A stretch of 64,000 nucleotides of DNA from Acutalibacteraceae bacterium (GTDB lineage Bacteria; Bacillota; Clostridia; Oscillospirales; Acutalibacteraceae). The stretch spans positions 17,662-81,661 of the forward strand of contig JAZSPL010000076.1 of the NCBI GenBank assembly GCA_045537435.1, given 5' to 3'. Below are positions 40,240 through 50,014 of the stretch, one piece after another. Below the pieces are notes generated by a model that was not told where the DNA came from, searched no databases, and saw only the letters and a program-made list of their open reading frames with translations. The position numbers and the translations under genes were made by a program. Each line of letters starts with the position of its first letter. Positions within the stretch are counted from its first letter, which is position 1.

Positions 40240-41472
40240 ATGTCTACGGAAGAGCTCAGGGACACAGCCCGGGATGAAAGCAAAAAAGCAAATAAAAGAA
40301 GAAGTCCGTTCCGGAACCTGACCATATTCGGTGAAAGAGTTTTCGTTGACGGCGGTTTTGACATAATATATCTTTTCCTTGTTATCGCACTTCTTACAAC
40401 AGGACTTATTATGATGGCTTCTGCAAGCTATGTCTGGGGCAGATTCCATAATAACGATCCGTATCACTACGTTGCGAAGCAGGGTGTTTTTGCGGTGATC
40501 GGACTTGTTGTGATGTTTATTCTATCTAAAATAAATCCGCAGTTTATAAAGAAGTTTGCAATTCCTATCAGCGTGGTCGGTTTTGTACTGCTTGTTGCGG
40601 TTCTTTTCTATTACGTACCTGTACCCGAGAATCCCGACATCAAACGTTGGATGCCGATTCCCGGAACGTCTTCCTCCTTTCAACCGTCCGATATCGGAAA
40701 GCTTGCAATGATAATCGGACTTTCATGGGGTCTTGAAAAGGGTAAAAAATTCCTTGACCGAAATATGTTTGCGCCGCTTCTTTATTTCAGTATTGTAATA
40801 ATTGTAAGTCTTCTTGTTTTTGCCGAAAGTCATCTTTCCTGTTTTGTAATGATTTTTGCAATGGGTATCGGAATTTTGTTCCTCAGCGGTATGGACAGAA
40901 GATGGTTTATCCTCGGCTTTGCCGCAGGTGTGCTTCTGATTGCAATTTTTGTTATTTTCCGTGAACAGATTCTCAGCCCTTATCAGCTCAAAAGAATCAC
41001 GGGCTTCTTTGAAAAAGATTATACAGATACAGGTACAAGATGGCAGACTAACCAGTCGCTTTACGCTCTCGGCTCAGGCGGACTCTTCGGCCTCGGTCTC
41101 GGAAATTCAAGACAGAAGTTCCTTTACATTCCCGAACCTCACAATGACTTCATTTTTGCAATTGTCGGCGAAGAGCTCGGCTTCTTCCGCAGTATAATAA
41201 TAATTCTTATGTTCCTTGCTCTTGTTGCAAGAGGCTTTATGATTGCGGCAAGAACAAAGAGTATGTACGAAAGACTGCTCGTTCTCGGAATTTCCCTTCA
41301 GGTCGGAATTCAGTCTGTTCTGAATATTCTTGTTGTTACAGATATGATTCCGAATACGGGTATCTCGCTTCCGTTTTTCAGTTATGGCGGAACGGCACTC
41401 GTAATACTTATGGTAGAAATGGGACTCGTTCTCGGTGTATCAAGAACGGGTTCGAGAAACTCTAAGAGGTGA
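40240..41472 (+). CDS. ftsW: SEDS-family peptidoglycan glycosyltransferase (FtsW/SpoVE)
   Basis: About 10 TM helices. Conserved SEDS segments: QPSDIGK, EPHNDFIFA, and the PNTGISLPFFSYGG motif. Confidence 0.9.
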   Translation: MSTEELRDTARDESKKANKRRSPFRNLTIFGERVFVDGGFDIIYLFLVIALLTTGLIMMASASYVWGRFHNNDPYHYVAKQGVFAVIGLVVMFILSKINPQFIKKFAIPISVVGFVLLVAVLFYYVPVPENPDIKRWMPIPGTSSSFQPSDIGKLAMIIGLSWGLEKGKKFLDRNMFAPLLYFSIVIIVSLLVFAESHLSCFVMIFAMGIGILFLSGMDRRWFILGFAAGVLLIAIFVIFREQILSPYQLKRITGFFEKDYTDTGTRWQTNQSLYALGSGGLFGLGLGNSRQKFLYIPEPHNDFIFAIVGEELGFFRSIIIILMFLALVARGFMIAARTKSMYERLLVLGISLQVGIQSVLNILVVTDMIPNTGISLPFFSYGGTALVILMVEMGLVLGVSRTGSRNSKR

Positions 41473-41477
41473 TTAAG

Positions 41478-42608
41478 ATGTTGAATAACAAAAAAATCCT
41501 CATCGCAACGGGCGGTACGGGCGGTCACATCAATCCTGCACTTGCAGTTGCAGGTTATATAAGAGAAAATTATCCGAAGGCGCAGATTCTTTTTGTCGGA
41601 ACAGCTGTCAAAATGGAAGCACAGCTTGTACCTGCCGCAGGTTATGATTTCAAAACAATAGATATTCAGGGCTTCAGCCGTGATTTAACACCAAGCGGAA
41701 TTAAACAGAATATCGCTACGGTAATCAAACTCGTAAAATCATCGTCTCAGGCAAAGAAGATTATCAAGGAATTCGGTCCCGATGTTGTTCTCGGTTTCGG
41801 CGGATATGTCGGCGGTCCCGTGCTTCGGACAGCGTGCAAGCTCGGCATCCCGACGGCAATACATGAGCAGAATGCCTTCCCGGGTGTGACCAATAAAGCT
41901 CTTGCAAAGATTGTTGATAAGGTTATGCTTACAGCTCCCGAAGCCGAAAAGTATATGCAGCCGAAAAATCCGTGCGTTGTAACAGGTCTTCCTGTAAGAG
42001 GAGAGCTTATCAATGCAAACCGTGAATTTTCACGTGCTGAGCTCGGCGTGGACGAACGTCCCGTAATCCTCTCAATGGGTGGAAGTCTTGGAGCAAGAGT
42101 TATAAACAATGCCGTAACTCAGCTTATTGAAGAAAGATATGAACGTAAGGATTGCTACTTCCTGCATGCAACAGGCAAGGCAGGAGTAGGAATGTTTGAT
42201 GTTATAGAAAAAGAAAAGAACATAAGCCTTAAAGAAAACAAGCATATTATGCTTCGTGAATATATCAACGATATGCACCGCTGTATGGCAGCGGCAGACC
42301 TTGTAATCTGCCGTGCAGGTGCAAGCTCGCTCAGCGAAATTCAGGCGATGGGTAAGCCTTCAATCCTTGTACCGTATCCGTATGCGGCTGAAAACCATCA
42401 GTATTACAATGCTATGGAGCTTGTCAAGAATAATGCGGCAATACTCATTGAAGAAAAAGACTTCACGGGTGAACGACTTATCAAGGAAATCGATGCCTTG
42501 CTCGCAGACAGAAAAAGGCTTGAAGCGCTTGGTGCAAATGCAAAGAAAATGGCTATCTACGACGCTACGGAAAGAATCGTTTCCTGTATTTGTGAAATAG
42601 TTAAATAA
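41478..42608 (+). CDS. murG: UDP-GlcNAc:lipid I N-acetylglucosaminyltransferase
   Basis: ATGGTGGHINPALA N-terminal G-loop. The ATG at 41478 (AAGAGG 8 nt upstream) is preferred to the track GTG at 41469. Confidence 0.93.
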   Translation: MLNNKKILIATGGTGGHINPALAVAGYIRENYPKAQILFVGTAVKMEAQLVPAAGYDFKTIDIQGFSRDLTPSGIKQNIATVIKLVKSSSQAKKIIKEFGPDVVLGFGGYVGGPVLRTACKLGIPTAIHEQNAFPGVTNKALAKIVDKVMLTAPEAEKYMQPKNPCVVTGLPVRGELINANREFSRAELGVDERPVILSMGGSLGARVINNAVTQLIEERYERKDCYFLHATGKAGVGMFDVIEKEKNISLKENKHIMLREYINDMHRCMAAADLVICRAGASSLSEIQAMGKPSILVPYPYAAENHQYYNAMELVKNNAAILIEEKDFTGERLIKEIDALLADRKRLEALGANAKKMAIYDATERIVSCICEIVK

Positions 42609-42671
42609 ATTAACACTTTTTCGGGGATATCATAAACTGACAACAGATGATATTTCCGAAAGGGTGAGTAT

Positions 42672-43931
42672 ATGGGACAGTACATAATCGAGGGGTGCAA
42701 CCGCCTTGGCGGAAGTGTGAAAACGCAGGGCGCAAAAAACAGTGCTTTGCCGATTCTTGCCGCTACGGTTGCGGTTGGAAAACCCTGTGTTATACATAAT
42801 TGTCCTCAGCTGAGTGATATTGATTCAACTGTCAAAATACTAAGATGTTTAGGCTGTAATGTGCAACGTGCAGATGAAATGGTTTTTGTCGATGCGGGTA
42901 ATCTCAGTCAAAGAAAAATCAGCGACGTGCTTATGCGCGAAATGCGCTCATCGATAATTTTTCTTGGTGCATTGTTAAGTGCTACGGGTGAGGCTGTGAT
43001 TTCAGCTCCGGGCGGTTGTGATATAGGACTACGTCCTATTGATATACATCTTGCTTCAATGCGGAAGCTGGGCGTACATATTTCCGAGTCACACGGAGAA
43101 ATCCGTTGTACCTGCAGAAGAATAAAAGGCGGAAAGATTGTTCTTCCGTTTCCGAGCGTCGGTGCTACGGAAAACATTATCCTCGCAAGTGTAAAATCAG
43201 GTGCGGTGACAACCATAATCAATGCCGCAAGAGAGCCTGAAATTGTTGATCTTGCAATGTTTCTTAATTCCTGCGGAGCGAGGATTTCAGGTGCAGGAGA
43301 AAGTACTGTTGTTATCGAAGGTGTAGAACGCTTCAACTCTTCTCAGTATGCGATTATGCCCGACAGAATTGTAGCGTGTACATACATGGCTGCCGCTGCG
43401 GTAACGGGTTCAACGGTAGTTATTGATGAAGTAATACCGTCACACATTACTCCCGTGTTCTCAGCTTTTGAACAGGCAGGATGCAGGATTGAGATATCAG
43501 GCAAACAACTGAGAATTACTTCTCCGGAAAGACTGAAGGCTTTTGACAGGATACAGACAATGCCGTATCCGGGGTTTCCCACGGATTGTCAGGCGATAAT
43601 GATGGCTGTTGCTTCAGTTTCAAAGGGAATAACAATTATAAGCGAAAACATTTTTGAAAACCGTTTCAAGCATATCGGCGAATTAAGGCGGATGGGTGCA
43701 GATATCAAGGCACAGGATAAAATTGCCGTCGTTAACGGAGTCGAACGTCTGCAAGGTGCGTTTGTTCATTCGACGGATCTTCGCGCAGGAGCCGCACTTG
43801 TTGTTGCAGGACTTTGTGCCGAGGGAATGACAACGGTAGATAAAATCAGTTACATAGACAGGGGATATGCAGCTTTTGCAGAAAATCTTTCTGCACTTGG
43901 TGCCGTGATCCGAAGGAAGGATAATTTATGA
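42672..43931 (+). CDS. murA: UDP-N-acetylglucosamine 1-carboxyvinyltransferase
   Basis: GAKNSALPILAA, and the active-site Cys loop PGGCDIGLRPIDIH. 419 aa. Confidence 0.93.
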   Translation: MGQYIIEGCNRLGGSVKTQGAKNSALPILAATVAVGKPCVIHNCPQLSDIDSTVKILRCLGCNVQRADEMVFVDAGNLSQRKISDVLMREMRSSIIFLGALLSATGEAVISAPGGCDIGLRPIDIHLASMRKLGVHISESHGEIRCTCRRIKGGKIVLPFPSVGATENIILASVKSGAVTTIINAAREPEIVDLAMFLNSCGARISGAGESTVVIEGVERFNSSQYAIMPDRIVACTYMAAAAVTGSTVVIDEVIPSHITPVFSAFEQAGCRIEISGKQLRITSPERLKAFDRIQTMPYPGFPTDCQAIMMAVASVSKGITIISENIFENRFKHIGELRRMGADIKAQDKIAVVNGVERLQGAFVHSTDLRAGAALVVAGLCAEGMTTVDKISYIDRGYAAFAENLSALGAVIRRKDNL

Positions 43932-44893
43932 AAGAGCTTTCACCCGAACAGGTTGCAAGAATGCGGCCGGAAGAGAGAGAGAGATACGAAAAAAGACTGA
44001 AAATCGTCAAAAGAAACCGCAGGATTTTAAGCGCGGTCTGTATAGCATTGGGCGTTATTGCAGTTGTGCTTGTTCTCAGTATGACCGTTTTGTTTAATAT
44101 AAGTGCTATCAAAATTTCAGGTACGGGAACAACGTACGGTGAAAAAGAGATTATTATGGCATCAGGTCTTAACGTCGGCGATAACATGGTGCGCACAAAC
44201 TTTAAAAAGGTTGAAGAGCGTATAGAAAAAAGTCTGCCGTATGTTATGGATGCAGTTATAACTAAAACCCTTTCAGGTAAGATTACAATAAAAATCACTG
44301 AAACAAAGGCGGCAATTGTTATTGCAACTGATGATGGTTATATAATCGCAGATGCACAGGGTAAAACACTTGCGACGCAGAAGAATCTTCCTGAAAACAG
44401 TAAACTTATGCTTCTTAAGCTCAAGGGTAGTGTGTCCGCAACACCGGGTGAGGTTTTCACCTTTGAGAATGAGGAAGAAAAGAAGATTTACGATCAACTT
44501 GTTTCAGAACTTACAACAGCGGGAATGTTCAAGGATATAACTGAAATGGATCTTACTCAGCAAAGCTCAATCAAGATTGTGTATCAGGGCAGATTAAGAC
44601 TGCTTCTCGGTGCTTCGGATAATCTCAGCGAAAAAATCAGAGGCGGAATAAAGGCAATTGAACAGGAAAATGAAAGAAATCCCGAATTGATTGCCGAAGT
44701 GAACCTTACAATACCCAAAAAGGTATTTGTGAATCCTCTTGATTCGCTTGAACCTCCTGTTGAGGAAGAAACAAAAACAGAGCCGACAGAGCAGGAAAAC
44801 GGCGAAACAACCACTCAGAAACAGGAAGAAAATGAAGAATCTTCAACCCAATCAAGTCAGGAAAATGAAGAAGAAAGATCAACAGCTGCGTAA
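43928..44893 (+). CDS. ftsQ: Cell-division protein FtsQ/DivIB with an acidic C-terminal tail
   Basis: Basic N-terminus, one TM helix, and a POTRA-like segment (ISAIKISGTGTTYGEKEII). It sits between the mur genes and ftsZ. The junction with murA is an ATGA overlap. Confidence 0.8.
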   Translation: MKELSPEQVARMRPEERERYEKRLKIVKRNRRILSAVCIALGVIAVVLVLSMTVLFNISAIKISGTGTTYGEKEIIMASGLNVGDNMVRTNFKKVEERIEKSLPYVMDAVITKTLSGKITIKITETKAAIVIATDDGYIIADAQGKTLATQKNLPENSKLMLLKLKGSVSATPGEVFTFENEEEKKIYDQLVSELTTAGMFKDITEMDLTQQSSIKIVYQGRLRLLLGASDNLSEKIRGGIKAIEQENERNPELIAEVNLTIPKKVFVNPLDSLEPPVEEETKTEPTEQENGETTTQKQEENEESSTQSSQENEEERSTAA

Positions 44894-44959
44894 ATTTTTG
44901 ATTAATGCCGAATTGGTATTAAAGATTACAAAAATTTTAACTTTTTATAATAAATTTGC

Positions 44960-44988
44960 TTGAAATATATATGAAAGTATGATATTAT
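44960..44988 (+). promoter_or_regulatory. ftsZ-proximal promoter (extended -10)
   Basis: TTGAAA (44960-44965), 17-nt spacer, TATTAT (44983-44988), with TG at 44980-44981. Confidence 0.5.
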
Positions 44989-45031
44989 AGCAAATGTATT
45001 ACTATAGATTTTAAAAACGGAGGTCTCTAAA

Positions 45032-46183
45032 ATGGCATTTGAAATTGATAACGATTTTGAAAGCACCGTTCAGATAAAGGTTATCGGTGTAGGTGGCGGC
45101 GGCGGTAACGCTGTTAACACAATGATTGCACAGGGTATGCAGGGTGCTGAGTTTATCGTTATAAACACAGACAAGCAGGTTCTTGTTAATTCACAGGCAA
45201 CTCACAGAATCCAGATCGGTGAGAAGTCAACTCGCGGACAGGGCGCAGGCGGCCGTCCCGAGGTTGGTGAAAAGGCTGCAGAGGAGAGCAAAGAGGAAAT
45301 CGCAGCAATCCTTAAAGGCACAGATATGGTATTTATCACCGCAGGTATGGGCGGCGGCACAGGTACAGGTGCAGCTCCCGTAGTAGCTCAGATCGCTAAG
45401 GAAATGGGCGTTCTTACTGTTGGTGTTGTTACAAAGCCCTTCAAGTTTGAAGGTAAGAAGAGAAGCACACTTGCTGAGCAGGGTATTGCTCGCCTTTCAG
45501 AGCATGTTGACAGCCTTATCGTTATTCCTAACGATCGTCTTAAGCTCCTCAGCGACCGTTGCAAGACTCTTTCAGAGGCTTTCCTTGTTGCTGACGAAGT
45601 TCTTTCACAGGGTGTTAAGAGCATTTCTGAGCTTATCAAGGTTCCCGGCTTTGTTAACCTCGACTTCGCTGACGTTTGCAGCGTAATGAGAGATGCAGGC
45701 TATGCTCACATGGGCGTTGGCACAGCTAAGGGCAAGGATAAGAGCCTTCAGGCAGCTGAAATGGCTACATCAAGCCCGCTTCTTGAAACATCAATTGCAG
45801 GTGCTAAGGGTGTTATCATCAGCATCACATCTTCACCTGACATCGGTCTTGAAGAAATCGAAACAGCTTGTGAGTCAATCACAGATAAGGCACATCCGGA
45901 TGCAAATATCACTTGGGGTGTTGCTTTCGATTCAAAACTCGAGGACGAAATCGTTATCACTGTTGTTGCAACAGGTTTTGACAGCGGTTCAGAAGCAGAT
46001 TTCGGTTCAATCCCTGCTTTTAAGGCAACTGCAGCTCCTGCAGCTCCGATCCGTTCAGCAACAACTGCTCCGATCGAGCCTCCCGTTGTAACAAGCGCAC
46101 AGAAGGCTCCGCAGAAGGGTGCTGTTGATGATGAGGATTTTTATGTAATCCTTAACGACATCATCAAAAAGAAGGGTGAATAA
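45032..46183 (+). CDS. ftsZ: Cell-division GTPase FtsZ
   Basis: [15 protein letters not shown], the tubulin signature [13 protein letters not shown], and a conserved C-terminal peptide region ([16 protein letters not shown]). Confidence 0.97.
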   Translation: MAFEIDNDFESTVQIKVIGVGGGGGNAVNTMIAQGMQGAEFIVINTDKQVLVNSQATHRIQIGEKSTRGQGAGGRPEVGEKAAEESKEEIAAILKGTDMVFITAGMGGGTGTGAAPVVAQIAKEMGVLTVGVVTKPFKFEGKKRSTLAEQGIARLSEHVDSLIVIPNDRLKLLSDRCKTLSEAFLVADEVLSQGVKSISELIKVPGFVNLDFADVCSVMRDAGYAHMGVGTAKGKDKSLQAAEMATSSPLLETSIAGAKGVIISITSSPDIGLEEIETACESITDKAHPDANITWGVAFDSKLEDEIVITVVATGFDSGSEADFGSIPAFKATAAPAAPIRSATTAPIEPPVVTSAQKAPQKGAVDDEDFYVILNDIIKKKGE

Positions 46184-46206
46184 TCCTTAACCGTAATAAT
46201 TGTTTA

Positions 46207-46239
46207 ATACCGAAGCACTTGTTGCTTCGGTATTTTTTT
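46207..46239 (+). terminator. Rho-independent terminator after ftsZ
   Basis: ATACCGAAGCA-CTTGT-TGCTTCGGTAT followed by TTTTTT. Confidence 0.85.
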
Positions 46240-46323
46240 GCGTTTTCTGACAGATTAGCCGAAATTCAATTTTATAAAAAATTCATTTTTTAGCATCACT
46301 TTTATAAAAAGTGTATATGAATA

Positions 46324-46352
46324 TTGACATTTATTTACAATGAGCTTATAAT
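46324..46352 (+). promoter_or_regulatory. Consensus sigma-70 promoter of the MMPL transporter gene
   Basis: TTGACA (46324-46329), 17-nt spacer, TATAAT (46347-46352). It lies inside the 5' end of the track ORF, which argues for the downstream start. Confidence 0.7.
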
Positions 46353-46383
46353 GTATATGATTCTGAAAATGGGGGAGTACGAC

Positions 46384-49300
46384 ATGAAAAGAATAGCCGA
46401 TTTCATTGTCGATAAAAGATATCTTGTACTGGGAATTATGCTTGCGCTGTGTATTGCGTGTGCCTGCATGATACCCGGTGTAAACGTCAATACAGATATG
46501 ACGAAGTATCTTCCCGATGACTCTTCTATGAAGCAAGGTATGAATGTACTTGCGGAAGAATTCCCCGATATGACAAATCCGAGTACCGTCAGGGTGATGT
46601 TCAAAGACCTGACGGATGTTGAAAAAACAAACATCAAACTTCAGCTTTCGGAAATCGAATACGTTGACAGTGTTACTTATAATCCGGATATTCATAACAA
46701 GGACGGCTATACCTTGTTTACGGTCAGCACCCCCTATGCATATAACACTCCCGAAGAATTAGCGGTCGAGGAAACAATTGCCCGTGAATTCAGGGATAAA
46801 GGCGCCATTTATCAGAATGACGATGCAATGGGCGTACCCGTGCCCTTATGGGTACTTGTTCTTGCTTTTGTGCTGATGATGGTTGTGCTTTTTGCAATGT
46901 GTTCTTCGTGGTTTGAGCCCGTTCTTTTCCTTGCAACGATAGGTGTTGCGGTTGGTCTTAATATGGGTAGCAACATAATGTTCGAACATGTTTCGCAGAT
47001 GACATTCTCCATCTCCTCAATCCTTCAGGTTATTCTTTCGATGGACTATTCGATTATCCTGATGAATCGCTACCGTCAGGAAAAAGAAACGTCTGCCGAT
47101 AAATACGAAGCAATGAAAAAAGCTCTTGTGAATGCTTTTTCTTCCGTGTCATCAAGCGGTATGACGACAGTTATCGGTCTTCTTATGCTTGTTTTTATGA
47201 GCTTTACTATCGGTAAGGACCTTGGTCTTGTTCTTTCAAAAGGTGTATTATTCAGCATGCTCTGCGTCTTTACTGTGTTGCCTGTTCTTATTCTTATCTT
47301 TGATAAAGCTGTTACAAAAACAGCTAAAAAAGAACTCCATATTCCTATGGGGAAAGTAGCGGGTTTCAGCTTTAAAGCGAGAAAGCTTGTTGCTGTTGTT
47401 TTTGTGGTTTTATTTGTTGCAATGTATTTCCTGCAGAATATTACACCGATAACATACACAATCGAAAAAGAAGACGAAATTTCAAAAATTTTCCCGTCAT
47501 CAAATCCGATTATTATGGTTTATAACAACGAGGATGAAGATAATATTGCTCCGATTGCAAACAAGCTCACCGAACACGAAAGTGTAAACAGTGTACTCGG
47601 TTATTCGACAACTCTCGGCAAGGCATTCAAAACCAATGAAATGGTATCGATGATTGAAAGCTTCGGCGCGGATATGGGCATTGATCCGTCGCTCCTTTCG
47701 GTTTTATATTATGACCGTTTTGCAGAGGACAAGGATAAACCGCTTGCAGCAGGTGATGTTCTCAGCTTCATTTCGCAGAATGTTATGACAAACGAGATGT
47801 TCTCTTCTTACATTGACGATTCAATGAAGGAAAAGGCAGGTATGCTCGAAAAGTTTGCGGATAAGGATTCTCTTACGACTCCGATGACATCCAAAGAAAT
47901 CGCAGACCTTTTTGAAATGGACGAAAAGCAGATAAAGCAGGTTATGTCGCTTTATTATGCAACCGAAACAAACGAAAATGCAGGTACAATGACCGTGTCA
48001 CAGTTTGCAGATTTCGTTGTAAACAATATCGCGAAAGACAAAATGTTCTCTTCATTCATTGACGAAGGAATGAAGTCCCAGCTCGGTCTTTTCTCTGAAT
48101 TCAGTGACAAGAAAAAGGTGACCGCTGAAATCACCGCAGAGGAAATGTCGGATAAGCTGAGTATCGACGAACAGCAGGCAAAGCTTCTCTATGCTTATTA
48201 CTATGCAGGTGAGGATTCATACTCTCCGCCGTCAATGACTGCGACACAGCTTATAAATTATCTTGCGGATGAAATCGTTACAAACCCGATGTTTTCCTCA
48301 CAGCTTGATGCCGAAACCGCATCACAGGCAGGACTTCTCAAGCACTTCGCAACAAAAGAATCTGTGCAGAAGCAACGCACGGCAGACGAGATATCTTCAA
48401 TGCTCGGCGTTGAGGAAAACCTTGTTAAGCTTGTTTTCTTTGGTTCGAGAACAATGTCTCTTGAGGAGTTCATTGATGCTGCAGAAACCGCATCGGGACT
48501 GATTCCTGCAGGCAGTGACAATGCCGACCTTGCTTCAATGCTTCCGATGATGCAGAAGCTGATTGATGCTGTTGTGGCAGAGAAAAAACTTACCTGGCAG
48601 GATTCCGCAGAAATCCTTTCAATGGAGCCGGAGCTTGTAAAGATTTTATACTCAGTTTATGACTTTGACAAAAACGGTGCTGACAAGAAGCTTTCTTTGC
48701 AGACCGTAATCGGATTTATCGGTGAAAACGAAGAAACTTTTGCTCCGCTTATGGGTGAGGAGAATCTTTCGCTCATCGAAACCGGTGAAACACTTGTAAA
48801 CGGTGTTGTAAGCGGTAAAAGATTTACTTCAGCTGAATTGGCGGAAGCTGTTGGTTTTGAGGAACCGATGCTCAGACAGCTCTTTATGCTCTACAAAGCA
48901 GAAAAGGGAGATACAAGCAAATGGAAGCTTTCGTTGCAGGATTTTGTAAGCTTCATTTCAAGCGAGATCCTTCCGAATGTAGACTACTCGGCTTTTATCG
49001 AAGACGGAATGGCAGATTTGCTCCTGACCGCAGAAAAGCTGATTGATGCAATTGTTACGGATAAGTCATTCACTGCAAAAGAATTTGCAGATTTGCTCGG
49101 AAGCTTTTCTGAAGAACTCAACGAAAACACAATGAAGCTGATGTATCTTTATTACTCAGCAACCAAGGACAGCAACCCGGAATGGAAGCTTACCGTTGAG
49201 GAACTTTTCGGCCATCTTTATGACAATATGCTTAATGACGAGCGTTTCTCCGTTATGATTGACGATTCAATGCGTGAACAGATACTCGGAGCAAAAGGTC

Positions 49301-50010
49301 AGCTTGAGGATGGCGTTTCACAGATGAGAGGTAAGAATTATTCTCTTATGATGATTGACACATCTCTCGCCCTTGAAAACGAAGAAACAACAGCGTTTAT
49401 TGATAAACTCATCACCGATTGTGACGGTGCACTTAAAAACGGATATTACGTGATAGGAAATTCGCCGATGAGCTATGAAATGCAGCAGAGCTTTGACAAG
49501 GAACTGCTTATGATAACTCTTCTGACAGCACTGGCTATTTTTACTGTTGTTGCAATTACTTTCAGAAGTGTTGTAATTCCGCTTCTGCTTGTGCTTCTTG
49601 TGCAGACAGGTGTTTATATCACGGTGTTCGCAAGCGGTATCCGCGGTTACAGTATGTATTACCTCGCGCTTCTCATCGTTGAGTGTATACTTATGGGTGC
49701 AACGATTGACTACGGAATACTCTTTACTAACTATTACCGCGAAAACCGAAAGATGAAAGGTGTGCTGGAGTCACTGAAGTCGGCATTCGAAGGTGCAAGC
49801 CATACGATTTTCACATCAGGTCTTATTATGGTGTTCGTAACGGCTGTTATGGGATTTGCCCCCGTTGATCCGACGATTTCACAGATTTGCCAGACCGTTT
49901 CTGTCGGTTGTCTTTCAGCTATAGTTCTTATAATCTTTATTCTGCCCGGCTTGCTTGCGGCATTTGACAAAATTGTTACCAAAGAGCGCAGAAGAAGGAA
50001 ATCAAAATAA
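46384..50010 (+). CDS. MMPL/RND-superfamily membrane transporter with a ~565-aa repeat-containing extracytoplasmic insert
   Basis: Two 6-TM bundles give the typical MMPL topology, including the GxxxD-type helix GATIDYGILF. ATG at 46384 with GGGGGAG upstream. Seven repeats of about 80 aa lie between TM7 and TM8. Confidence 0.8.
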   Translation: MKRIADFIVDKRYLVLGIMLALCIACACMIPGVNVNTDMTKYLPDDSSMKQGMNVLAEEFPDMTNPSTVRVMFKDLTDVEKTNIKLQLSEIEYVDSVTYNPDIHNKDGYTLFTVSTPYAYNTPEELAVEETIAREFRDKGAIYQNDDAMGVPVPLWVLVLAFVLMMVVLFAMCSSWFEPVLFLATIGVAVGLNMGSNIMFEHVSQMTFSISSILQVILSMDYSIILMNRYRQEKETSADKYEAMKKALVNAFSSVSSSGMTTVIGLLMLVFMSFTIGKDLGLVLSKGVLFSMLCVFTVLPVLILIFDKAVTKTAKKELHIPMGKVAGFSFKARKLVAVVFVVLFVAMYFLQNITPITYTIEKEDEISKIFPSSNPIIMVYNNEDEDNIAPIANKLTEHESVNSVLGYSTTLGKAFKTNEMVSMIESFGADMGIDPSLLSVLYYDRFAEDKDKPLAAGDVLSFISQNVMTNEMFSSYIDDSMKEKAGMLEKFADKDSLTTPMTSKEIADLFEMDEKQIKQVMSLYYATETNENAGTMTVSQFADFVVNNIAKDKMFSSFIDEGMKSQLGLFSEFSDKKKVTAEITAEEMSDKLSIDEQQAKLLYAYYYAGEDSYSPPSMTATQLINYLADEIVTNPMFSSQLDAETASQAGLLKHFATKESVQKQRTADEISSMLGVEENLVKLVFFGSRTMSLEEFIDAAETASGLIPAGSDNADLASMLPMMQKLIDAVVAEKKLTWQDSAEILSMEPELVKILYSVYDFDKNGADKKLSLQTVIGFIGENEETFAPLMGEENLSLIETGETLVNGVVSGKRFTSAELAEAVGFEEPMLRQLFMLYKAEKGDTSKWKLSLQDFVSFISSEILPNVDYSAFIEDGMADLLLTAEKLIDAIVTDKSFTAKEFADLLGSFSEELNENTMKLMYLYYSATKDSNPEWKLTVEELFGHLYDNMLNDERFSVMIDDSMREQILGAKGQLEDGVSQMRGKNYSLMMIDTSLALENEETTAFIDKLITDCDGALKNGYYVIGNSPMSYEMQQSFDKELLMITLLTALAIFTVVAITFRSVVIPLLLVLLVQTGVYITVFASGIRGYSMYYLALLIVECILMGATIDYGILFTNYYRENRKMKGVLESLKSAFEGASHTIFTSGLIMVFVTAVMGFAPVDPTISQICQTVSVGCLSAIVLIIFILPGLLAAFDKIVTKERRRRKSK

Positions 50011-50014
50011 TTGG

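Noticed and set aside
46324-46383. N-terminal 20 codons of the track ORF for the MMPL transporter
   Set aside because: The ATG at 46324 falls inside the consensus -35 box (TTGACA, 46324-46329) of the gene's own promoter. The ATG at 46384, with GGGGGAG upstream, is the credible start.
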